Shown here in pieces: positions 9,951 to 19,553 of a stretch of DNA of 35,475 nucleotides. Where the stretch lies: the sequence record DRR723986_4714. One strand, 5' to 3'. The notes beneath the pieces are model-generated. The model saw only the letters and a list, made by a program, of their open reading frames with translations. It did no database searches and was not told the DNA's origin. The position numbers and the translations under genes were made by a program. Each line of letters starts with the position of its first letter. Position 1 is the stretch's first letter.

Positions 9951-10760
9951 CTATACTCGGCGCAGGGCCCGTTCACCCCTGAAGTAAGATTTAATCCAGG
10001 GATCATCATTTTTCATCATATCGTCCATCGTGCCGATGGCCAGAACCCGCTTTTTCCCAAGAACAGCAATCCGATCACAGATAGAATGCAAACTATCAAG
10101 ATCATGGGTGACCATATAAACGGTCAGTCCGAGGGTCGAACTGAGATTTGCAATAAGCGAATCAAAGGCCGCCGCCCCGATCGGATCGAGTCCGGACGTC
10201 GGTTCGTCCAGAAACACCAAATCCGGGTCGAGTGCAAGGGCGCGAGCCAGGCTGGCCCTTTTGATCATTCCCCCTGAAAGTTCAGACGGCAGCTTGTCGG
10301 CGGCATCTTGCGGCAGCCCGACCAGTTCCAGTTTCAGGGTCGCCAGTTCGTCCATCAATTGCGGTGAAAGTTTCAGGTGCTCCCGCATCGGCACCTGAAT
10401 GTTCTGCTTGACCGAAAGCGAGGAAAACAGCGCGCCCTGCTGAAAAAGCACCCCCCAGCGGCGTTCGATTGCCGTGCGTTCCTTCGGGCTCGCGGTCGAC
10501 AGGTCGTGTCCGAAAACCGAAATCTGCCCGGTTCGCTTGGGAGTCAGGCCCAGGATTGTGCGCATAAGCACGGACTTGCCGGTTCCCGATCCACCGACGA
10601 AACCAAGCACTTCGCCCCGGCGCACATCCAGGTCGAGATCCTGCAGAATGATCTTGGAACCGAATCCAACGGTGATGTCGCGCACGGACAGGACATTGTC
10701 CGACTTTTCGCCCGTCGCGGCGGTCTCTTTTGCAGGCGTCACGCTTTGGCTTGGCGTCAT
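9951..10760 (-). CDS. mlaF: MlaF-type ABC ATPase
   Basis: Walker A GGSGTGKS, signature LSGGM, Walker B FLDEPTSGLDP, THD H-loop. Confidence 0.92.
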   Translation of the reverse strand: MTPSQSVTPAKETAATGEKSDNVLSVRDITVGFGSKIILQDLDLDVRRGEVLGFVGGSGTGKSVLMRTILGLTPKRTGQISVFGHDLSTASPKERTAIERRWGVLFQQGALFSSLSVKQNIQVPMREHLKLSPQLMDELATLKLELVGLPQDAADKLPSELSGGMIKRASLARALALDPDLVFLDEPTSGLDPIGAAAFDSLIANLSSTLGLTVYMVTHDLDSLHSICDRIAVLGKKRVLAIGTMDDMMKNDDPWIKSYFRGERALRRV

Positions 10761-10767
10761 CGGTCGG

Positions 10768-11916
10768 TCAAACTCCAATCGCGGCAAAGAATATGGCGAA
10801 GAAACCATCCACCACGATGACTAGAAAAATCGCTTTCACCACCGACATGGTGGTGTGACGGCCAAGAGATTCGGAAGAGCCTTCGACTTTCAGCCCTTCC
10901 ACGCAGGCAATCAGGCCGACGATCAGCGCCATGAAGGGCGCCTTCACCAGCCCCACGACCAGCGTATTGATCGTGATTGCCGCCTGCAACTGGGTCAAGA
11001 ACGCGGCCGGTGGAATGTCCAGATAGGCCCATGTCACGATGCCGGACCCCAGCAGCGCCGCGAGATCCGAAATGAACGTCAGGATCGGCAGAGCAATCAT
11101 TAGCGCCAGAATCCTAGGCAAAACAAGGACTTCAGTCACACTAAGGCCGATGACATGCAGTGCGTCGACTTCCTCCTGCATCCGCATCGCCCCAAGTTCT
11201 GCCGTGAAGGCGGATCCCGAGCGCCCTGCCACCATGATGGCGGTCAGGATCACGCCGATTTCCCTGAGGACCAGGATGCCTGCAAGGTCGACCACGAAGA
11301 TGTCGGCACCGAATTGTCTGAGGTAGAAACCACCCTGTTGCGAGATGATGGCACCGATAAGAAAACTCATCAGCGCGACAATCGGCACGGCTCCAATGCA
11401 GCTCCGGTCGAACTGAACCGCGATCGATATGCTGCGCAGGCGTTTGGGCTGCAGCAGAACTGTCGAAAGAACCAGGCCGAGCGAGCCGAGAATATGCAGC
11501 ATCGCCAGGGCGTCGTGATAGACGTCCACCATCTGGCGGCCCGTTGCCTCCAGGAAGCCGGCAATGGAAAATCCGTTCCTGTCAGGTTTGTATCTCGGAG
11601 GATGGTGGCTCTCGATTTCCTCGAACAGGGTCTGGCGGACGGGAGAGACACCAGTCAGGCCAACCTTGCGTCCCTCGAATTCCAGTCGGCCGCGCGTGCG
11701 GTGGATCAGCCAAGCGCCGCTCGTATCCAGATGCTCGATCTGGGACACATCGATGCAGGTCAGGCTTTTTTTGTCGATCGTGAGGCTGTTCAGCTCTTTT
11801 TCTGCGTCGGCGATGGTGCTGACAGTCCAGTCGCCGGAAAGGGCAAGGTATTGATGATCCGGCCCGTCTGCTTCCAGAACCATCTCCGGTGCGATGTTTT
11901 TTTCCAAGAATGCCAT
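10768..11916 (-). CDS. mlaE: MlaE permease with fused N-terminal STAS (MlaB-like) domain
   Basis: STAS motif IDVSQIEHLDTSGAW; MlaE motifs LREIG, AGRSGSAFTAELGAMRMQEEVDAL and GRHTTMSVV. Confidence 0.92.
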   Translation of the reverse strand: MAFLEKNIAPEMVLEADGPDHQYLALSGDWTVSTIADAEKELNSLTIDKKSLTCIDVSQIEHLDTSGAWLIHRTRGRLEFEGRKVGLTGVSPVRQTLFEEIESHHPPRYKPDRNGFSIAGFLEATGRQMVDVYHDALAMLHILGSLGLVLSTVLLQPKRLRSISIAVQFDRSCIGAVPIVALMSFLIGAIISQQGGFYLRQFGADIFVVDLAGILVLREIGVILTAIMVAGRSGSAFTAELGAMRMQEEVDALHVIGLSVTEVLVLPRILALMIALPILTFISDLAALLGSGIVTWAYLDIPPAAFLTQLQAAITINTLVVGLVKAPFMALIVGLIACVEGLKVEGSSESLGRHTTMSVVKAIFLVIVVDGFFAIFFAAIGV

Positions 11917-12041
11917 TCCGGCTGGCTGCCCTCTTGCCGCTGGTTCACCATCCCTCGTATACCTGATGGAGAAGTTCAATACCAACCGTCATTCACCATG
12001 AAGTTGGTAAACCCTCCAGCAGCCACTTGAAAGCTTAATCC

Positions 12042-13055
12042 ATGGAAATTGCACGTCCTTACCTGTTGTTTCTCGGTGATGTTCCCGATGCCCTCGCCGC
12101 CAAGACCGCGATCGGCATCGTCGATTGGCGCAAGGACTGGTGCCTGGGCCAGGTCCGCATGCCCGGATGCGCCGCCGACACAGGCCTTGCCGACATGTCG
12201 ATTGCAGAGGGGGCGGAAGCTGGCGCCAAGACGTTCATCATCGGAGCTGTGAATGCCGGTGGGCGCCTGCCGGAGCACTGGGTCGAATCTGTCGTCGAAG
12301 CACTCGATGCCGGCATGGACGTCGCTTCCGGCCTCCATGTGCGCCTTGCAAGCGTACCGGCGATCAAGGAAGCCGCAGAACGGAACGGTCGACAGCTCCA
12401 CGACGTGCGTCACAGCAGCATGGCTTTTGCCACCGGCAAGGGCACCAAACGCGCCGGCAAACGGATCCTGGCCGTGGGTACCGATTGTTCCGTCGGCAAG
12501 AAATACACCGCCCTTGCCATGGACAAAGCAATGAACGACCGGGGCTATTCCAGCACCTTCTGCGCCACCGGCCAGACCGGCGTGTTCATTTCCGGCCGCG
12601 GTGTCGCACTCGATGCGGTGATTGCCGACTTCATTTCCGGAGCTGCCGAGTGGATCTCTCCGGAGACCGATCCCAATAACTGGCAGATCATCGAAGGCCA
12701 GGGTTCCCTGTTCCATCCGTCCTTCGCCGGCGTCACCCTTGGTCTTCTGCACGGCTCCCAGCCGGACGGTTTCATCGTCTGCCATGAACCGACACGCACG
12801 AAGATGCGCGGCGTCGAAGCCGCACTGCCGACGATCCAGCAGGTCATCGACATGACCATTGCCTGCGGCAAACTCACCAATCCGGACATCCGCTGCGTCG
12901 GTATTGCGGTGAACACCACCGCACTCGATGACGATGAGGCCCTCGCTTACCTGGCAAAGGTCGGTGAAAAGCACGGCCTGCCGGCAACCGATCCGGTCCG
13001 CTACGGCATGGAAGCCATCGTTGACAAGGTCTCGGCGGAATTCGGTGCGCCATGA
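12042..13055 (+). CDS. dgcN: D-glutamate N-acetyltransferase DgcN (DUF1611 family)
   Basis: AAKTA.G, GTDCSVGKKYT, ATGQTG, EGQGSLFHPS and GLLHGSQPD motifs; ATGA overlap with dgcA. Confidence 0.85.
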   Translation: MEIARPYLLFLGDVPDALAAKTAIGIVDWRKDWCLGQVRMPGCAADTGLADMSIAEGAEAGAKTFIIGAVNAGGRLPEHWVESVVEALDAGMDVASGLHVRLASVPAIKEAAERNGRQLHDVRHSSMAFATGKGTKRAGKRILAVGTDCSVGKKYTALAMDKAMNDRGYSSTFCATGQTGVFISGRGVALDAVIADFISGAAEWISPETDPNNWQIIEGQGSLFHPSFAGVTLGLLHGSQPDGFIVCHEPTRTKMRGVEAALPTIQQVIDMTIACGKLTNPDIRCVGIAVNTTALDDDEALAYLAKVGEKHGLPATDPVRYGMEAIVDKVSAEFGAP

Positions 13056-14035
13056 GCCTTGAGGTCAGCATCGAAGCGCAACGCTTCGAAATTGCGGGAG
13101 GTTTCAGGATCTCCCGCGAGACCCGAACCCATGCCCAGGTCGTTGTCGTCACCCTGAGTGACGGCAAGGCAACCGGCCATGGCGAAAGCGTGCCCTATCC
13201 GCGTTACGGCGAATCGCTCGAAACCGTTCAGACGCAGATCGAGGAAATCGCGCCCCTTTTGAAAAACGGCCTCAGCCGGGAACAGCTTCTGGAGGCGATG
13301 CCCGCCGGAGCAGCCCGCAATGCCGTCGACTGCGCTCTTTGGGATCTGGAAGCAAAACAATCCGGAACACCGGCAACGGACATTGCCGGTGTCGGTCCGC
13401 TGAAGCCGGTCACGACAGCCTTCACCATCAGCGTCGACACGCCGGAAAAGATGGCTGAAAAGACCCGCGCAGCAGCTCACCGCCCGCTTTTGAAAATCAA
13501 GCTTGCCGGGCCCGGTGATGACGAGCGGATTGCCGCCGTACGCCTTGCCGCACCTGAAAGCACCCTGATCGTCGATGCCAACGAAGCCTGGGACGAAAGC
13601 TGCTTTGAGATCAACATGGCCGCCTGCGAAGCTGCGGGCGTTGCCCTGATCGAACAACCGTTGCCGTCCAAGAACGACAGCTTGTTGGCAGGGCTCGAGC
13701 GGCGTGTGGTGATCTGCGCGGACGAAAGCCTTCATCCGGGCAAGAGCATCGATGGGCTGCGCGCAAAATATGACGCGGTCAACATCAAGCTCGACAAGGC
13801 AGGTGGTCTGACGGCTGCGCTGAAGCTCTGCGATGAAGCACGCGCCCAGGACCTCAAGGTCATGGTCGGATGCATGCTCGGCACGTCTCTCGCAATGGCG
13901 CCTGCAGTCCTGATCGCCCAGAAGGCGGATTTTGTCGACCTCGACGGACCGCTGCTCCTGGCCGAAGACCGCTCACCGGGACTGAAGTTCGAAGGCAGCA
14001 CGCTCTATCCGCCTCAGCCGGAGCTGTGGGGGTAA
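13052..14035 (+). CDS. dgcA: N-acetyl-D-glutamate racemase / L-Ala-D/L-Glu epimerase family (enolase superfamily)
   Basis: KIK, DANE, EQP, ADES, NIKLDKAGG and DLDG motifs; coupled to dgcN. Confidence 0.85.
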   Translation: MSLEVSIEAQRFEIAGGFRISRETRTHAQVVVVTLSDGKATGHGESVPYPRYGESLETVQTQIEEIAPLLKNGLSREQLLEAMPAGAARNAVDCALWDLEAKQSGTPATDIAGVGPLKPVTTAFTISVDTPEKMAEKTRAAAHRPLLKIKLAGPGDDERIAAVRLAAPESTLIVDANEAWDESCFEINMAACEAAGVALIEQPLPSKNDSLLAGLERRVVICADESLHPGKSIDGLRAKYDAVNIKLDKAGGLTAALKLCDEARAQDLKVMVGCMLGTSLAMAPAVLIAQKADFVDLDGPLLLAEDRSPGLKFEGSTLYPPQPELWG

Positions 14036-14057
14036 GAACTTCAGCGCTGAACAATAG

Positions 14058-14095
14058 AAAAGCGCCGGTTCCTTGTCATTGGGCCGGCGTTTTTT
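14058..14095 (+). terminator. Intrinsic terminator after dgcA (possibly bidirectional)
   Basis: AAAAGCGCCGGTTC...GGGCCGGCGTTTTTT hairpin with T tract, between convergent genes. Confidence 0.7.
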
Positions 14096-14170
14096 GTGGG
14101 TATGCATATCTGGACTATCGAAGGGCGCTGAAATCCCTCTTCAGCGGGAGAATACGGAAATTCCCCAAGC

Positions 14171-15349
14171 TCACTCCGCCGCCATGCGACTTCGCAGCAT
14201 TGGCGTCATCGCCAGTGTCAACAGCGTGCCGATTGCCGCAACCACAGACATCACGAAGAAGGGCCAGTCCGGATTGATCTCGTAAATGGCGCCGGAAATG
14301 CTGAGGCCGATCGCCATCTGGATGCCCACGGAAGTCGCAAGCAGACCCTGCCCCGTTCCCGCCCAACGGCTCGGCACGACCCGTGCAAGGATCGCGACGG
14401 CCCCCAGATGGGCCGCGCCGAAAGAAAGGCCGTGCAAAGTCTGCAAGGCAGCCATGGCGGGGAGCGTGTCGGCGAAGGGGAACAGCAGCCAACGCAAGGT
14501 TGCCGCCACCCCGGCAGCCAGCAGAAAGATTGGCGGATCAAACCGTTGCGCCAGTTTTCCGGCAACCGTGAACAGGGCGATTTCAGCCGCAACACCCGTC
14601 GCCCACAAGAGACCGATCGCAAAGTCAGGGACATCCATCGCCTGCCAGTAGAGCGTCCCGAAGCCGTAAAAGGCTGAATGGCTCGCCTGGTACAATCCAA
14701 GTACCATCAACAACGGCCAGAACCAGACACTTTTGAACGGCGTGTCCTTGTGGTCGTCAGAAGTCCCGTCGGCCGCTTCGGAAGGCGTTGCACCACGTTT
14801 TTGCCGTGGAAGCGACATGGCAACAGCACCCGTTGCCAGGGACGCAAGGCCGACGGCAACCACGATGAGCCAGGACGTACCTTCCGCAGCCAGCGAACCT
14901 CCGAAGATGCTGGCAACCACGAAACCGGCTGAACCCCATAGCCGCATGCGGGCGTAATCCGCTCCCGTATTGCGCTGGACATCCAGCGCATAGGCATCGC
15001 TGAGCGGCACCACCGGCGCATTCATGACCATGTAGCCGATCACGGCGATGGACAGGAACACAAGCCCCAGGGGCAGGAAATAAAGCCCGATGAAGGTCGC
15101 AGCCGCCAGCGAATAGATCAGGATCGACAGACGGCGCTGGCCGGTGCGGTCGGAGAGATTCGACAGAAGCGGACTTGCCGCGATCCGGGCAATCGTGCCT
15201 ATCCCCAGAACAAATCCGATTTCAGCCGCTGTCAGCCCGCGAAACCCGAGCACGACCGGAATAAACGGCAGAAACAGGCCAACGCCGAAGAAATGGCTGG
15301 CGAACAGGGCCGAGACACGGCTGCTGATACTGGAACGGTCGAGCGACAT
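14171..15349 (-). CDS. MFS transporter (HcaT/PPP-like)
   Basis: 392 aa, about 12 TM segments; LSDRTGQRR motif A, YARMRLWGSAGF, GVAAEI and LHGLSFGAAH. Confidence 0.85.
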   Translation of the reverse strand: MSLDRSSISSRVSALFASHFFGVGLFLPFIPVVLGFRGLTAAEIGFVLGIGTIARIAASPLLSNLSDRTGQRRLSILIYSLAAATFIGLYFLPLGLVFLSIAVIGYMVMNAPVVPLSDAYALDVQRNTGADYARMRLWGSAGFVVASIFGGSLAAEGTSWLIVVAVGLASLATGAVAMSLPRQKRGATPSEAADGTSDDHKDTPFKSVWFWPLLMVLGLYQASHSAFYGFGTLYWQAMDVPDFAIGLLWATGVAAEIALFTVAGKLAQRFDPPIFLLAAGVAATLRWLLFPFADTLPAMAALQTLHGLSFGAAHLGAVAILARVVPSRWAGTGQGLLATSVGIQMAIGLSISGAIYEINPDWPFFVMSVVAAIGTLLTLAMTPMLRSRMAAE

Positions 15350-15372
15350 GGGATACCGGGCGAAGTAGCGCC

Positions 15373-15388
15373 CTAAAAGGATGTTAAC
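15373..15388 (+). promoter_or_regulatory. Candidate CtrA-binding site upstream of the cheZ-like gene
   Basis: CTAA-AAGGATG-TTAAC matches TTAA-N7-TTAAC with one mismatch, about 80 bp upstream of the start; a GANTC site lies at 15457. Confidence 0.45.
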
Positions 15389-15469
15389 GTTTTCCGCCTT
15401 ACCTTGGGGGCGAAGTTGTCCGTGTTACGGCAATAAACGACCCTTAGGCAAGTTGAGATTCGCGTCCAC

Positions 15470-16609
15470 ATGAAAGCGGAAGCAGCACAGGAACAGCCGG
15501 AGCTGATCGGCGAAGCCGAATACCAGACTCTCGAACAGACCCTGATGGAGTCCGATCGCGGGCGCAGGTTTCTGAAAGAGTTTCTCAATCGCAACAAGAC
15601 CCCGGAAACCACCGAGATCCTGACCGCGATTGGCCGGCTAGAGAAAATGATGACCCGGCAGCGCAAGGTGCCGGATCTCGACAAGATCCGTCTCGACATT
15701 GCCGACATGCACGAGGCTATCGAGCGTACCAAGGCCGAGATTGCCAACATCAAGGCGGAAGGCGAGGAAAGCAACCGCTTTGTCGACGCCTCTCACGAAC
15801 TCGATGCCATCGTCACCCAGACCGAAGGCGCGACCCAATCCATTCTGGAAGCTGCAGAGCAGATTCAGGAGAAGGCCTGGGTCCTGCGCGAGAATGGTGC
15901 GGACGATGCCGTGTGCGACGACATCGATGCCAAGGCGACCGAAATCTTCATGGCCTGTTCCTTCCAGGATCTGACCGGCCAGCGGACCAACAAGGTTGTT
16001 CAGGTACTGCGCTATCTTGAAAGCCGCATCAACCTGATGATCAACATCTGGGGCATCCAGGAGCTGGAAGCCGAAGCAACGGCTGGCCCGGTCGACACTC
16101 GTCCGGATGCACATCTCCTGAACGGCCCGCAACTTGCGGGCGGCGTTTCCCAGAACAACGTCGATGAGCTGATGTCCGTCAGCGACGACGTGTTTGACGC
16201 CGCACTGAAGGAAACCGGAGCGGAAGCAGCCCCGGCAGAAGCTCCGAAGCATGCCAGCGAAGCTGATGTTGATGCCATTATGGCAAGCGAAGCCGACGTC
16301 GATGCCATCATGGCTGGCGGTGACGAGCCGATGGACGCAGCCGCTATCGACGACATGTTCGCCTCCGCTCCTGCTGCCGACGACGAGGAAGAAGACGACG
16401 AATTCGCCGGTGCCGACCCGGACGCCACTCTGGATGAAGCTGCCATCGAACGCCTGTTCGACAGCGAAGTGGGTGGTGGCACTCATGAAGCGGCAGACGA
16501 AGCCGAGGCCGACGCCGAATGGGAGCTGACCGAGGAAGTCAGTGAAGAAGATGGCGAAGATCCGCTGAAGCAGCTGTCCGAAGCCGAGCGCCAGGCACTC
16601 TTCAACTAA
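15470..16609 (+). CDS. cheZ: CheZ-like chemotaxis phosphatase with extended acidic C-terminal tail
   Basis: ELDAIVTQTEGATQSILEAAE and catalytic ACSFQDLTGQR (DxxxQ); LLNGPQL followed by SQNNVDELM. Confidence 0.8.
   Translation: MKAEAAQEQPELIGEAEYQTLEQTLMESDRGRRFLKEFLNRNKTPETTEILTAIGRLEKMMTRQRKVPDLDKIRLDIADMHEAIERTKAEIANIKAEGEESNRFVDASHELDAIVTQTEGATQSILEAAEQIQEKAWVLRENGADDAVCDDIDAKATEIFMACSFQDLTGQRTNKVVQVLRYLESRINLMINIWGIQELEAEATAGPVDTRPDAHLLNGPQLAGGVSQNNVDELMSVSDDVFDAALKETGAEAAPAEAPKHASEADVDAIMASEADVDAIMAGGDEPMDAAAIDDMFASAPAADDEEEDDEFAGADPDATLDEAAIERLFDSEVGGGTHEAADEAEADAEWELTEEVSEEDGEDPLKQLSEAERQALFN
16253..16312 (+). repeat. In-frame 30-bp tandem duplication (ASEADVDAIM x2)
   Basis: gccagcgaagctgatgttgatgccattatg / gcaagcgaagccgacgtcgatgccatcatg; identical peptide, only synonymous differences. 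Confidence 0.9.
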
Positions 16610-16632
16610 GTCTGCATCCGGCAGGATTTTCG

Positions 16633-16661
16633 AAAAAGGCGCCCGTTACGGCGCCTTTTTT
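16633..16661. terminator. Bidirectional intrinsic terminator
   Basis: AAAAAGGCGCC-CGTTAC-GGCGCCTTTTTT between convergent cheZ and chemoreceptor genes. Confidence 0.88.
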
Positions 16662-16787
16662 ATTGCCGCCCTATCGATTCTTGCGGATGGAACGCTACGG
16701 ATTTCCGGGTTCGCAGAGCCGGGCGCGCGAGCGGAAAACCCTTTGCCTCCGAGGTCCCGGCGCAAGGCCGGGACAGCAAGGTGGCTG

Positions 16788-18122
16788 TCAGCGGCCGGAA
16801 TTGATCTTGGCGAAGAACTGTTCCGCCTGCAGGCCAAGCTGACCGGCCTGGTCTTTCAGCGCCGTCGACATGTCCTGAATGGTGCCGACAGCCCCCTCGA
16901 CATTTTCGACCGACCCGCGCACAGCGGTAATCTCGTCGGTAAAGGCTTGGGTGCCCTGTGCAGCGATCTGGACGTTGGCCGAGATTTCTGCCGTTGCCGA
17001 CGCCTGTTGCTCCACCGCGGAGGCAATGCCGGTCGCGATTTCGGACAGGGCGCCGATTATCGAGGTGATGCCTTCGATATCCTGCACAGACTGTCTGGTC
17101 GCCTGCTGAATGCTGGCGACCTGTTCGGTGATTTCTTCCGTCGCCTTGGTCGTCTGGCTGGCGAGTTCCTTCACTTCGGCTGCGACAACCGCAAACCCGC
17201 GGCCCATTTCCCCGGCACGCGCCGCTTCGATGGTAGCGTTCAGTGCCAGCAGGTTGGTCTGTTCGGCAATTTCAGAGATCAGCCCGATCACTGATCCGAC
17301 CTGATCCGCGAAGCCGGCAAGTTTCGTTACGGAGTCGTTTGTGCTGCGTGCACCTTCCACGGCCTTCAGCGCCATCTCGCGGGACTGGCCTGCCTGGCGA
17401 CCGATCTCGGTGATGGAAGCGGACATTTCCTCCGTTGCCGTCGCGCTAGACTGGACACCGCTTGCGGTTTCGGCAGACGTATTGTCCATCTTGACCATCC
17501 GCTCTCCGATGGAGCCCGTCTCGCGGCGCAGACTGCCCGAAGACACTTCAAGTTGTTCGGATGCCGCGCCAAGCGTGCCGACCGTACCGCCCAGAACGCC
17601 CTGAAACTCCTGGATGGCGGCCTTCAGTTCGGTCTCGCGTCCGACAGCGTCTGCCACCATTTTCTCGTGATAGGTGGAGATCGCGACATCCATGTCCAGC
17701 ATGACCAGCTTCGTCATCACCTGCATGGCCCGAACGCGCTTGCCCGTCGACATGAAGCGCTTCTTCAGGACCGTCTCCGTCAGTTGCGTGAGGGCGAAGG
17801 AATAGCCACCGATGTACCAGCTGGGATCGAGGCCGATCCGCACATGTGTGAGGCCGATCTGCACAGCGCGCTCGTGGTAGGCTTCATCCGGGCCCGTTGC
17901 AAACAGCCCTTCCCAGTGGCTCATCTGTGCCTTCACCAGGCGCGACTGCTGGTTACCGACCAGTGCCGCCAGATGCGGCACGGTTTTAACGTGTGCGTAG
18001 AACCCGTCCAGAACGCTCGGCAAGGCTTCCTTGATTGCCGGCCACATGGACTGGGCCACAGCCCGATCCTCGTCCGTGAAACGGAAAAACTTCAGCCGAT
18101 CTTTCAAGGTGTTTGTCTGCAT
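16788..18122 (-). CDS. Soluble globin-coupled chemoreceptor (HemAT-like; sensor globin + MCP domain)
   Basis: Globin FY (B10) and [19 protein letters not shown] (proximal His); MCP hairpin [37 protein letters not shown]; no TM segments. Confidence 0.9.
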   Translation of the reverse strand: MQTNTLKDRLKFFRFTDEDRAVAQSMWPAIKEALPSVLDGFYAHVKTVPHLAALVGNQQSRLVKAQMSHWEGLFATGPDEAYHERAVQIGLTHVRIGLDPSWYIGGYSFALTQLTETVLKKRFMSTGKRVRAMQVMTKLVMLDMDVAISTYHEKMVADAVGRETELKAAIQEFQGVLGGTVGTLGAASEQLEVSSGSLRRETGSIGERMVKMDNTSAETASGVQSSATATEEMSASITEIGRQAGQSREMALKAVEGARSTNDSVTKLAGFADQVGSVIGLISEIAEQTNLLALNATIEAARAGEMGRGFAVVAAEVKELASQTTKATEEITEQVASIQQATRQSVQDIEGITSIIGALSEIATGIASAVEQQASATAEISANVQIAAQGTQAFTDEITAVRGSVENVEGAVGTIQDMSTALKDQAGQLGLQAEQFFAKINSGR

Positions 18123-18125
18123 GAA

Positions 18126-18221
18126 TGCCTCTTGGATCAGCCGATGGAGGTCCGGTTTGACGGGCCCGTGAGCTGATCGCTCTTCAGTTGCCGGACCTCC
18201 GAGCCTCACAGTGAAGAGGCA
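18126..18221 (-). promoter_or_regulatory. Candidate structured 5' leader with alternative pairings over the RBS
   Basis: Four interleaved perfect inverted repeats (8, 10, 7 and 7 bp) directly upstream of the ATG; one arm is the putative SD AAGAGG. Confidence 0.45.
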
Positions 18222-18527
18222 GGAGATCCTGATTCAATAAAGCACGTGTCACCTGTTCCCTCGCGAACCCAAGTGGGCTGTTGAAAGGCACAAAAAGGCG
18301 TTCCGCGCCATGCTCGATGCATCGGTACGCTGGCAATGTTCAGGTGATGAAAGGAGAAGACGCGGCGCCGTTGCCTGGCAATCCACGCTGGAATTCAATT
18401 TTCAGCAGCCCTGTTCGCGCCGTCCCGACGAAAAGGCAAACAGGACTGCCTGGTCCGGTCTCCTCCACCCGACTTCGGCAAGTCATGCTTGTGGAACCGC
18501 TCTAGCGGGTAGCCCCCTAAAGGCGCG

Positions 18528-19553
18528 TTAACGGGACAGCGCAGTCTTTAGCATTTGTGGATCGATGTTTCCGCCCGTCAAAACGATACCGACGGTCTTG
18601 CCCTTGAAAGGCAGCTTTCCGGCCAAAAGTGCTGCAAGTGCAACTGCTCCGCCGGGCTCAACGACGAGCTTCAGTTCGGTGAACGCAAAGGCGACGGCAG
18701 CCAGAGCTTCCTCATCCGTGACAGTCACGCCTTCGCCCGCTACGCGGCTTAGAATTGAAAAGCCGATATCACCCGGCGAATCAGACAGGAGCGCATCGCA
18801 GACAGAGCCGGTCTTTACGGCATTGGAGAGCCGCTCACCGGCGTCAAGCGAGCGCTTGTAGTCGTCGAACAGCTCCGGTTCAGCAGTATGGAAGACCGTA
18901 CCGGGCGACTTGGCTTCCAGCGCCAGGGCAATACCGCTGGACAATCCGCCACCGCCGGTACAGGCGAGCACATCGTCCAGATGCAGGCCCAGCGCAGCTG
19001 CCTGGGCTGCCATCTCCAGTCCGACTGTACCCTGCCCTGCGATGACACCGACATCGTTGTAGGGGTGGACAAACGTCGCTCCTGACTTGGAACACAGGTC
19101 TCCTGCAATCGCGTCACGGTCTTCGGTCTCACGATCGTAAGTGATGACGGTCGCCCCGTAGCCGCGTGTGCGCTCCAGCTTGATCCTTGGAGCGTCGGAC
19201 GGCATGACGATGGTTGCGGGCATGCCGAGCAGCTGCGCGCTTGCAGCAACGCCCTGCGCGTGGTTTCCGGACGAACACGCCACAACGCCCCTGGGTCGGT
19301 CTGCCGGCGGGATGAGGCTGAGGCGGTTGAACGCCCCGCGAAACTTGAACGAGCCGCTACGTTGCAGGTTTTCCGGTTTGACGACGACAGTTGCCCCGGT
19401 TACCTCATCCAGCAACGGATGCCTCAGAAGCGGTGTCACCAGCGCCTCGCTTCGGATCCTCTCCGCTGCGGCTTCAACATCCTCTATGGAAACGGTTTTA
19501 CCAGTCAACTTCGAACCTGCTTCAGACACAGGCAGCGATTGCATATTCGTCAT
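18528..19553 (-). CDS. PLP-dependent threonine/serine dehydratase family protein (no regulatory domain)
   Basis: KPENLQRSGSFKFRGA (PLP lysine), SSGNHAQG, GGGGL, VVEPGGA and TGGN motifs. Confidence 0.9.
   Translation of the reverse strand: MTNMQSLPVSEAGSKLTGKTVSIEDVEAAAERIRSEALVTPLLRHPLLDEVTGATVVVKPENLQRSGSFKFRGAFNRLSLIPPADRPRGVVACSSGNHAQGVAASAQLLGMPATIVMPSDAPRIKLERTRGYGATVITYDRETEDRDAIAGDLCSKSGATFVHPYNDVGVIAGQGTVGLEMAAQAAALGLHLDDVLACTGGGGLSSGIALALEAKSPGTVFHTAEPELFDDYKRSLDAGERLSNAVKTGSVCDALLSDSPGDIGFSILSRVAGEGVTVTDEEALAAVAFAFTELKLVVEPGGAVALAALLAGKLPFKGKTVGIVLTGGNIDPQMLKTALSR

Noticed and set aside
8882..9982. Long antisense ORFs here and at 1035-2003, 11155-12030, 11976-12974, 15638-16486 and 34342-35346
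   Set aside because: All lie opposite well-supported genes and have shadow-frame composition.
18281..18531. Small ORFs between the chemoreceptor and dehydratase genes
   Set aside because: No motifs, convincing RBS or codon bias; more likely promoter sequence.
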